Source: Schmidtea polychroa (Eukaryota). Taken from it: a stretch of 64,000 nt of DNA. Location: the NCBI GenBank assembly GCA_044892525.1, contig CM097885.1, positions 42,224,001 through 42,288,000 on the forward strand. The letters are read 5' to 3'. Below the pieces are notes generated by a model that made no database searches, was not told where the DNA came from, and worked only from the letters and a program-made list of their open reading frames with translations. How positions within the stretch are numbered: position 1 is the first letter of the stretch; the number at the start of each line of letters is the position of its first letter. Shown here piece by piece: positions 52,310 through 64,000 of the stretch. The position numbers were made by a program, and so were the translations under genes.

Positions 52310-53640
52310 AATTTTTTGTTTTAATTAATTGGCCTGGCGGGCTCACACTTTTTTTCATCCCAAAAATTAATGTTCCCACCAACGGATTTTATTGGACGAT
52401 ACCTCATTTTAAAGCTCAGTCCAAGACCTTTCGATTGATCCATAGAAGGTATCATCATCATTAACATCGGCAAAGTTATTAAAGTTTTACCGAGACCATT
52501 TTTCAAGGTCATTTATTTTTCAAAATATTATTTTCAAGGTCAAGGTCAAGGTCATTTATTTTTTTTTTAATTTAATTTTTTGTTTTAATTAATTGGCCGG
52601 GATGGCCCCTACTTTTTTTCATCCCAAAAATTAATGTTCCCACCAACGGATTTTATTGGACGATAGCTCATCTTAAAGCTCAGTCCAAGACCTTTCGATT
52701 GATCCATAGAAGGTATCATCATCATTAATATTGACAAAGTTATTAACAATTGATGACCACCATCTTTTCAACGTTAAATTATTATTATTATTCAAAATAT
52801 TATTAATTGGCCGGGCGGGGACATACTTTTTCTCATCCCAAAAATTAATGTTCCCATTATCCGAATTTATTAATAGATAGCTTATTTTGAAGCGTAGTCT
52901 AAGACCTTTCAATTGAGCCATAGAAGGTATCATCATCATTAACATCGGCAAAGTTATTAAAGTTTTACCGAGACCATTTTTCAAGGTCATTTATTTTTCA
53001 AAATATTATTTTCAAGGTCAAGGTCAAGGTCATTTATTTTTTTCAAGGTCATTTATTTTTTCAAGGTCATTTATTTTTTCAAGGTCATTTATTTTTTCAA
53101 GGTCATTTATTTTTTCAAGGTCATTTATTTTTTCAAGGTCATTTATTTTTTCAAGGTCATATTTTAAAATTTAAATGTACAGAGTTCCCGACAACGATAA
53201 TTATTCAACGATAGCTCATTTTAAAGCCCAATGCAAGACCTTTCGATTGATTCATAGAAGGTATCATCATCATTATTATTGACAAAGTTATTAACAATTG
53301 ATGACCGCCATCTTTTCAACGTTAAATTATTATTATTATTCAAAATATTATTTTCAAGGTCAAGGTCAAATCTTTAAAAAAAAAAAAAAAAGGTCAAGGT
53401 CAAATTTTAAACAAAGGCCATGACTCATCAAGGACATTTCAAGGTCGCGTGACTCATCAAGGTCATTCACAAGGTCATATGACTCATCACGATGACTCAT
53501 CAAGGTCATTTTTTTAATTTAATTTTTTGTTTTAATTAAGTAATCATTTTATTTTCAAGGTCATTTAATTTTACAAGGTCATTTAATTTTCAAGGTCATT
53601 TAATTTTCAAGGTCATTTAATTTTTCAAGGTCATTTATTA
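52310..53640. repeat. Subterminal tandem arrays (duplicated units of a few hundred bp, 17-18-bp TCAAGGTCATTTA repeats, TGACTCATCA x4)
   Basis: Seen directly: 18-bp unit about x7 at 53025-53160, 17-18-bp unit at 53550-53640, TGACTCA at 53421-53500. Confidence 0.9.
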
Positions 53641-53679
53641 AAATAATTATTATTTTCTAAGTTTTTAGTTTCTAAGTTT

Positions 53680-53902
<223 letters not shown>

Positions 53903-54019
53903 ATATATACTCCTAGTCTATCCGACAAGATATTCTGTCCCCCTATGGGTACTGCTCACAAATGTACTACTCACATTCAACAAGTCACAAGGGTACTGCT
54001 CACACTCAATATGTCGTAA

Positions 54020-54061
<42 letters not shown>

Positions 54062-54423
54062 TATTATTACGCGCACGGGGAATATTATTATCATATATAC
54101 TCTTAATCCATCCGACAAAATATTCTATCCCTTTATGGGTATTGCTCATATGGGTAATGGTCAAAGGTGTACTACTCACACTCAACATGTCTCAAAGGGT
54201 ATAATATAATTATTATTAAATTCTGACCAACTTAAATCAATGAAGGGGTAGAACAAAAATATATTAAGTTGCGGTATTTTAAATTTAAAAATATTTTAAA
54301 AACTTATTTTGACACTAAAGTTTACTTAATTAACAAAGACATAATTATTGCACATGCTTTGCATAAATATTATTATTTTTTAAATTTTCAATATTTTCTT
54401 TTAAAGTATTAACACGCGCGGGA

Positions 54424-54464
<41 letters not shown>

Positions 54465-54941
54465 ACTTATTATTATTATTATTATTATTGCAAATATTAG
54501 TCAAAAACCTAAAATATTATTTACACTCACACAACCCATTAACAATTATTATTATCAATATTAGTGAAAACCTAAAATATTTTTTACACACACACAACCC
54601 ATTAACCATTATTATTATTATTATTATCAATATTAAAAACCTAAAATATTTTTACACACACACATACAACTCATTAAACTTATTATTATTATTATTATTG
54701 CAAATATTAGTCAAAAACCTAAAATATTATTTACACTCACACAACCCATTAACAATTATTATTATCAATATTAGTGAAAACCTAAAATATTTTTTACACA
54801 CACACACACACACACAACCCATTAACCATTATTATTATTGCAAATATTAGTCAAAAACATAAAAACACTCATAAACCATTATTATTATCAATATTCGTGA
54901 AAACCTCAAATATTTTTTACACACACACACAACCCATTAAA

Positions 54942-54974
<33 letters not shown>

Positions 54975-55090
54975 GATTATTATTATATATATAATCTATC
55001 CGACAAGATATTCTGACCCCCTAAGGGTAATGGTCACAAAGGTACTACTCACAATCAACATGTCGCAAATTATTTTCAAATACAATTTCA

Positions 55091-55145
<55 letters not shown>

Positions 55146-55262
55146 GCAAATATTAGTCAAAAACATAAAATATTTTTACACATACACACACACAACCCAT
55201 TAACAATTATTATTATCAATATTAGTGAAAACCTAAATATTTTTTATACAACCCATTAAACT

Positions 55263-58200
55263 TTATTATTATTATTATTATTATTATAATTAGTCAAAAA
55301 CCTAAAATAATTTTTACACACTAAGTTATGGGGTAGAGAATTATTATATGTTTGCAATATTCTGTGTTTGCCTTCACGGGAAGTTGACAATAATTTTACA
55401 CACACACATTCTATATACACATACCTTGTTTAACATGGGTGTATATACTCCTAGTCTATCCGACAAAATATTCTGTCCCCCTATGGGTATTGCTCACAAA
55501 GGTACTACTCACACTCAACATATCGCAAGGGTATATTAATTAGGGTTAGTAAATAAAACTTATCACACACACTATTTAAACGATAAAAATCAAGACAAGA
55601 GAGGACAAGGCAAAGTTTATGCATTTAGTATTGCCAGGCCTAATGAGCAGTGACCAAATATCTGTGCCTGAAAGACACGGTGGATATTTGTTCGCGTCCA
55701 CAAGGGTCGTCTGGGCCTCCCCCAAGTGGGGTCAGAAGAACCTGGGCATTATAGCTTTCCGTACGGAACATTACGCCTAGCATGGGTAGTCAACTACCAG
55801 CACATTCGAAACGTATAATTTCAAAATACATGCGTCATTGGCACTATAACCAAATTAATTAATGTTTTCACTAACACAAATATATATTTACAGAGGCCTC
55901 CCACTAGTTAGATTACAACCGCCCACCACGACGATCAGCTTGTAAATATATATTAATTAAGGGATAAAGAGGACCCACCCAACCCTATTATATTTAATTT
56001 ACAAATTTTTCTCGCTCTTCTGCTGGTAATCTATCTCAAAATTATCATCTCCATCAGGCCATTTGGAATACATCTTGCAAATTGGACGTATTTCTTAGTT
56101 TCTGATGCGGTGTCAACTATCATTGCTAAAATTTAAAAGCCATTAACTTACAGATGTTATTTATCATTTTATCGTCAGAGGCTTGATAAATTAGGCAACT
56201 GTTATTTGTGGTATACTTTTCAATGTCATTTCCCACCATAAAACACAGATACCTAAATATAATATATATATTTTAAAGAATTAATTCATGTCTTACATTA
56301 ATAATAATATTCTTCAGGTAGTACTTTACTTAATTGATAAAACATCGGTTTTTTCCCATTTTTCTTGACATTCGTTGAAAGTTTACATAATTTAAGTCTG
56401 ATAATTCATGTTGAAGGACACCCACAATCAGCTAATTCATTTAAGAAATCCCGAACATAGCAATGTTTCACCATTTTGTCTGGTTCATTTTCTTCTATAA
56501 TTCATGTTTTAATAAGAAATCTCTAAATCCAGAACATAAGTCATTTAGTGTTTCACCATTTTGTTCATCTTCTTCATAATTATATAATTCATTTTCTTCA
56601 TTACTAAGTAAAATAATTAAAATATTTTAGTAAATTCTTTATTTACTTACTTTATGGATACTAAAACGAAAGAAATAACGTTATATCAGAATTATATTTA
56701 AATAATTTAAATTTAGTTATTTAAACATATTTAAACACTTTAGTTATTTAAGCATATTTAAACATTAATATTATTATATAGTATAATTTTATATAATTTT
56801 ATATAATATTATAATATTATAATATTATGTATTGTAAATTTAATATATCCTTCATTTAATTTTTTAAATTCAAATATTTATAATGAAGATTCTTTGAATT
56901 AAAAAATATTCTGTTAGTATTTCCAGGCAGAAAACAACGAATTCAATAATTAAAATCTTAATTTTCATGTTGTTAGGGTTGTGGCCAGAAGTTAATCGCC
57001 ATCTAATCGTTTGTTCTCAATTTCGCTCATTTTTGTTCAAAACATTCAGGTGAGTTGTTATCTGGAAAGTTTCTTTGAGCTCAGTTTTGTTAAAACACTC
57101 ACGGTATTTTTGAGGGACGTGACACTGGAAATAAATTACCAATGGGTGGTCATCCATACATGTTGTTGGTTTGAACTGTTGATTTATTTTAGAAATATGT
57201 ATATTAAAAACATTTAAGGTATCATTCAGTAAAATAATATAGTATTTTTGAGTATTTTTAGTTAATTTATAAATAACAGTATTTTGATATATCAATAAAG
57301 ACCATATACTCCTAGTTTATCCGACAAAATATTCTGTCCCCCTATGGGTATTGCTAGCAAGGGTACTGGTCACATTCAACATGTCGCAAGGGTATATTAA
57401 TCATTTAGAAATTCTTAGGTAAGATGATCACAAATTCGTGAATATTTTAAATGTAACTTTACACTTTTGTCGAGCGACTAATTTATTGGTTAACATTTTA
57501 GACATTTAAAGCAAAAATTAATTTATTCATCTAATGTTCGTTACAATAGTTAATAATATGAGAAAAACATGGTCATTATTCATTGATAATTTTAAATTCT
57601 TTATCATTTGGAGTAAATTTGTTTGAGGCAAAAATAATTAAAGGAGTCATAATAGAAATATGGTTATCATTTATCCAATTAAGGGGCTTGTTATTTAGAA
57701 ATATATATTATAAAGTAACAATTATTTTCTAATTTAATTAGATGATCATTAGACGTAATATATCTTTGCGAGAAATTTAAGATGTTTGAGTAACCAAAAC
57801 ATGGATATTTTGTGCGATAAATTTATGAATATTGGTTAATTTTGTTATTTTTAGTCATTTAAAATAATATTTAGCAAAGGTAATTAGCAAAATATTATTT
57901 ATCCACCCGATAACAATATTCCTTCAATAGATATTCAACCTATTTAATTTCTAATTAAAATCCTTCAATAAAGTTAAATTTTCTTTAGTTGTCCAACTCT
58001 TTTAAGTCAATATTTTTGTTACCGTTATCTTCATAATGAATGTCCGTCTTTAACATGTTAAATAAAATAATTTAAAGCAATAACCTTTGATATCAATTAT
58101 CTCTAAATATTTCAAATATTTCATTGACAAAACCAAGTAAATTAGTCATTAACCCTAAACACTTTGATAAAATCCTGGATAATTAATAGACTATTTCCCT

Positions 58201-61200
58201 TGAAACATTTCCAATAAGAACATCACCCATTTAAATATTCAAAACATTTCCACCCTAACCGATCCCTCACCAAATATTTCTACCCCTTTAAACATTCAAC
58301 CGACTATATCCCCGTTTAAATACTATATATTCCCAACTTAACCGAACCCTCACTAAATCCAACCGACTATAATTTCACCCACTTGAGCCCTTTAATATAG
58401 CTTAAAATCTATAGACAATTCTTCAAAATATGAATTTTATTTAATTGTTACAGACATTTTTCCATTGAAATAATTTAGTAGCTAAATTCAAAGAGTCCAC
58501 TTAAAGATCAAAATTCATTAAAATAAATATTTAACCACATGTATCATCAAATACCTAACTAGAGATGATAATATCTCATTGATTGATCATAATTCTTCAT
58601 CGATTCAACTAATTATAACCATTATAACATGATATATCTTACAAACTAAATTTCAGTATATTTTACAATAATTTTCAAGTAGATTTCAAATATATCATCA
58701 TCGTGAAAAAATTAGATGGTTTCAACTTTAGATTTTCAATATTTTAAAGTTCATCAATGTGTAAATATTCTTAGAAAAATATATGAAAAAATTATTTAGT
58801 CAAATTATCATTACAAAGTCATCATCATCATCAAAATTAATAAAATATAGCAAATTATCAAGAAATTAACTAAATTTATCTTAGAATTAACACTAAAACC
58901 TTAAATATTCTTTCAATTAACATGAAATTCACAAAAATAATTGTTAGTAAAATCCCGCTAACGCTAAAAATTACCAATGAATTTAATGCCAAATAATAAC
59001 CAAAAATTTGCCTAAATAAAATCATTAAAACACTACAATACCTTTACGACCAGTACCCTTACGACCAATACCCTTACAAGGAGTACCCATAGAGGGAGAA
59101 AATATGTTGTCGGATAAACTCCGAGTATATATTTAATAAAACGAATTAACAATAACTCCATCAAATTGAATCAGTCAAATTATCACAAATTTTAATAAAA
59201 AATCTTATTCTAAAGTGGTAAGCAGCGTAAAATCGAAAGATAATTTTAATAACACAGAGATAAAATTAACAATATTATTCTCAGGTGGTAAGAATCATCA
59301 TTATTCTATGATTAATTAATAATGAAATTCTAAAAGGTGAAAATAAGGGTTTTTGAATTATTCATTAATGGAACGCAAATGTAAATATATTGAGAAGTGG
59401 CATAGATAAGATGTAAATATAATAATTGCATTTATTTAAAATTATTTCATGAAATTCATAAAAATTTATAAAAATGATCACTTTAATAAAAAAAAAAAAT
59501 ATTTAATTCAATGTTCAAAGAAATAGTTGTTGGGAGGATTAGTGGAAAATGGGGGGCTATAAGTGATAAGTATTTATAAATTATTTCTAATATATGAGTG
59601 ACTAACGAATAATAATAATGTGATAAACATTTATTTTGATAAAGTATTTAATCCAAAAATGACAAACATACATAAAAAATGGTATTTGACTAAGCAATTA
59701 TGATAACTTTATATTTTAAATTTTGATTAACTCCTTTAATATTGAATTAATAATTATGATATTTGCTATTTTACATTAAATATTTCAAAAACGGATATTC
59801 TAAAAGATAATTTAAGATACATTACTCTTTTTAATCAAAATGATCACTCAAAGTTAAGAAGGAAACAAAGTGTGTCAGAACACATACCCAGCATTAACTT
59901 TACTTAAATTTATGAAAACATCAAGTAAGCAATGATAATAGAGGGATAACAGACTCAAAAATAAAATGTTCTTACCACTTGAGAATAATATTGTTAATTT
60001 TATCTCTGTGTTATTAAAATTATCTTTCGATTTTACGCTGCTTACCACTTTAGAATAAGATTTTTTATTAAAATTTGTGATAATTTGACTGATTCAATTT
60101 GATGGAGTTATTGTTAATTCGTTTTATTAAATATATACTCGGAGTTTATCCGACAACATATTTTCTCCCTCTATGGGTACTCCTTGTAAGGGTATTGGTC
60201 GTAAGGGTACTGGTCGTAAAGGTATTGTAGTGTTTTAATGATTTTATTTAGGCAAATTTTTGGTTATTATTTGGCATTAAATTCATTGGTAATTTTTAGC
60301 GTTAGCGGGATTTTACTAACAATTATTTTTGTGAATTTCATGTTAATTGAAAGAATATTTAAGGTTTTAGTGTTAATTCTAAGATAAATTTAGTTAATTT
60401 CTTGATAATTTGCTATATTTTATTAATTTTGATGATGATGATGACTTTGTAATGATAATTTGACTAAATAATTTTTTCATATATTTTTCTAAGAATATTT
60501 ACACATTGATGAACTTTAAAATATTGAAAATCTAAAGTTGAAACCATCTAATTTTTTCACGATGATGATATATTTGAAATCTACTTGAAAATTATTGTAA
60601 AATATACTGAAATTTAGTTTGTAAGATATATCATGTTATAATGGTTATAATTAGTTGAATCGATGAAGAATTATGATCAATCAATGAGATATTATCATCT
60701 CTAGTTAGGTATTTGATGATACATGTGGTTAAATATTTATTTTAATGAATTTTGATCTTTAAGTGGACTCTTTGAATTTAGCTACTAAATTATTTCAATG
60801 GAAAAATGTCTGTAACAATTAAATAAAATTCATATTTTGAAGAATTGTCTATAGATTTTAAGCTATATTAAAGGGCTCAAGTGGGTGAAATTATAGTCGG
60901 TTGGATTTAGTGAGGGTTCGGTTAAGTTGGGAATATATAGTATTTAAAGGGGGATATAGTCGGTTGAATGTTTAAAGGGGTAGAAATATTTGGTGAGGGA
61001 TCGGTTAGGGTGGAAATGTTTTGAATATTTAAATGGGTGATGTTCTTATTGGAAATGTTTCAAGGGAAATAGTCTATTAATTATCCAGGATTTTATCAAA
61101 GTGTTTAGGGTTAATGACTAATTTACTTGGTTTTGTCAATGAAATATTTGAAATATTTAGAGATAATTGATATCAAAGGTTATTGCTTTAAATTATTTTA

Positions 61201-64000
61201 TTTAACATGTTAAAGACGGACATTCATTATGAAGATAACGGTAACAAAAATATTGACTTAAAAGAGTTGGACAACTAAAGAAAATTTAACTTTATTGAAG
61301 GATTTTAATTAGAAATTAAATAGGTTGAATATCTATTGAAGGAATATTGTTATCGGGTGGATAAATAATATTTTGCTAATTACCTTTGCTAAATATTATT
61401 TTAAATGACTAAAAATAACAAAATAAACCAATATTCATAAATTTATCGCACAAAATATCCATGTTTTGGTTACTCAAACATCTTAAATTTCTCGCAAAGA
61501 TATATTACGTCTAATGATCATCTAATTAAATTAGAAAATAATTGTTACTTTATAATATATATTTCTAAATAACAAGCCCCTTAATTGGATAAATGATAAC
61601 CATATTTCTATTATGACTCCTTTAATTATTTTTGCCTCAAACAAATTTACTCCAAATGATAAAGAATTTAAAATTATCAATGAATAATGACCATGTTTTT
61701 CTCATATTATTAACTATTGTAACGAACATTAGATGAATAAATTAATTTTTGCTTTAAATGTCTAAAATGTTAACCAATAAATTAGTCGCTCGACAAAAGT
61801 GTAAAGTTACATTTAAAATATTCACGAATTTGTGATCATCTTACCTAAGAATTTCTAAATGATTAATATACCCTTGCGACATGTTGAATGTGACCAGTAC
61901 CCTTGCTAGCAATACCCATAGGGGGACAGAATATTTTGTCGGATAAACTAGGAGTATATGGTCTTTATTGATATATCAAAATACTGTTATTTATAAATTA
62001 ACTAAAAATACTCAAAAATACTATATTATTTTACTGAATGATACCTTAAATGTTTTTAATATACATATTTCTAAAATAAATCAACAGTTCAAACCAACAA
62101 CATGTATGGATGACCACCCATTGGTAATTTATTTCCAGTGTCACGTCCCTCAAAAATACCGTGAGTGTTTTAACAAAACTGAGCTCAAAGAAACTTTCCA
62201 GATAACAACTCACCTGAATGTTTTGAACAAAAATGAGCGAAATTGAGAACAAACGATTAGATGGCGATTAACTTCTGGCCACAACCCTAACAACATGAAA
62301 ATTAAGATTTTAATTATTGAATTCGTTGTTTTCTGCCTGGAAATACTAACAGAATATTTTTTAATTCAAAGAATCTTCATTATAAATATTTGAATTTAAA
62401 AAATTAAATGAAGGATATATTAAATTTACAATACATAATATTATAATATTATAATATTATATAAAATTATATAAAATTATACTATATAATAATATTAATG
62501 TTTAAATATGCTTAAATAACTAAAGTGTTTAAATATGTTTAAATAACTAAATTTAAATTATTTAAATATAATTCTGATATAACGTTATTTCTTTCGTTTT
62601 AGTATCCATAAAGTAAGTAAATAAAGAATTTACTAAAATATTTTAATTATTTTACTTAGTAATGAAGAAAATGAATTATATAATTATGAAGAAGATGAAC
62701 AAAATGGTGAAACACTAAATGACTTATGTTCTGGATTTAGAGATTTCTTATTAAAACATGAATTATAGAAGAAAATGAACCAGACAAAATGGTGAAACAT
62801 TGCTATGTTCGGGATTTCTTAAATGAATTAGCTGATTGTGGGTGTCCTTCAACATGAATTATCAGACTTAAATTATGTAAACTTTCAACGAATGTCAAGA
62901 AAAATGGGAAAAAACCGATGTTTTATCAATTAAGTAAAGTACTACCTGAAGAATATTATTATTAATGTAAGACATGAATTAATTCTTTAAAATATATATA
63001 TTATATTTAGGTATCTGTGTTTTATGGTGGGAAATGACATTGAAAAGTATACCACAAATAACAGTTGCCTAATTTATCAAGCCTCTGACGATAAAATGAT
63101 AAATAACATCTGTAAGTTAATGGCTTTTAAATTTTAGCAATGATAGTTGACACCGCATCAGAAACTAAGAAATACGTCCAATTTGCAAGATGTATTCCAA
63201 ATGGCCTGATGGAGATGATAATTTTGAGATAGATTACCAGCAGAAGAGCGAGAAAAATTTGTAAATTAAATATAATAGGGTTGGGTGGGTCCTCTTTATC
63301 CCTTAATTAATATATATTTACAAGCTGATCGTCGTGGTGGGCGGTTGTAATCTAACTAGTGGGAGGCCTCTGTAAATATATATTTGTGTTAGTGAAAACA
63401 TTAATTAATTTGGTTATAGTGCCAATGACGCATGTATTTTGAAATTATACGTTTCGAATGTGCTGGTAGTTGACTACCCATGCTAGGCGTAATGTTCCTT
63501 ACGGAAAGCTATAATGCCCAGGTTCTTCTGACCCCACTTGGGGGAGGCCCAGACGACCCTTGTGGACGCGAACAAATATCCACCGTGTCTTTCAGGCACA
63601 GATATTTGGTCACTGCTCATTAGGCCTGGCAATACTAAATGCATAAACTTTGCCTTGTCCTCTCTTGTCTTGATTTTTATCGTTTAAATAGTGTGTGTGA
63701 TAAGTTTTATTTACTAACCCTAATTAATATACCCTTGCGATATGTTGAGTGTGAGTAGTACCTTTGTGAGCAATACCCATAGGGGGACAGAATATTTTGT
63801 CGGATAGACTAGGAGTATATACACCCATGTTAAACAAGGTATGTGTATATAGAATGTGTGTGTGTAAAATTATTGTCAACTTCCCGTGAAGGCAAACACA
63901 GAATATTGCAAACATATAATAATTCTCTACCCCATAACTTAGTGTGTAAAAGTTATTTTAGGTTTTTGACTAATTATAATAATAATAATAATAATAATAA
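55263..64000. repeat. Near-perfect inverted repeat: arms 55263-59294 and 59969-64000 (continuing past the window), spacer 674 bp
   Basis: Mirror coordinates sum to 119263 at every point checked (57017/62246, 55348/63915, 59294/59969). Only isolated substitutions were seen. Confidence 0.97.

Noticed and set aside
53025..53160. CRISPR-like regularly spaced repeats (also 34385-35230 and 37300-38400)
   Set aside because: They are head-to-tail tandem units with no unique spacers, in a eukaryotic context with no cas genes.
52223..53640. Interpreting this region as the right TIR of the 41159 Polinton
   Set aside because: It starts with AGTAGT and has TCAAGGTCA on the same strand as the left end. 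A right TIR would be the reverse complement ending in ACTACT. It also truncates an ORF.
57011..62252. Identical 92-aa and 68-aa ORF pairs as duplicated genes
   Set aside because: They are a by-product of the inverted repeat, with TTG starts and no recognisable motif.

Overview
This is very AT-rich eukaryotic (invertebrate) DNA. The 41-50 bp introns and the repeat spectrum suggest a flatworm-like genome, which is an inference only. It has one intact host gene, a 7-exon Host Cell Factor (HCF) orthologue on the minus strand (32002..23716, about 1029 aa). Its last intron holds an intact DD34E IS630/Tc1 transposon and a Penelope retroelement with minimal hammerhead ribozymes. The rest is nested transposon debris (hAT, pogo/Tigger, MULE, Gypsy, foldback/tandem arrays) plus a nearly complete endogenous Polinton/Maverick (adintovirus-type) virus from 41159 (AGTAGT terminus) to 52222. 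That virus encodes pPolB, major capsid, a ZnF-PLA2-integrase fusion, packaging ATPase, a pX-like core protein, protease, penton and a fibre-like gene. Three features stand out. (i) The viral pPolB is split by three short host-type GT-AG introns. (ii) The integrase appears fused to a parvovirus-type PLA2. (iii) The fibre gene is cut by a second AGTAGT terminus at 52223, rich in TCAAGGTCA/TGACTCA motifs, that runs into a near-perfect inverted repeat (arms at least 4 kb, 674 bp spacer). This may be a gene-less hairpin-like satellite element parasitising the Polinton. All calls were made by eye, without database searches.
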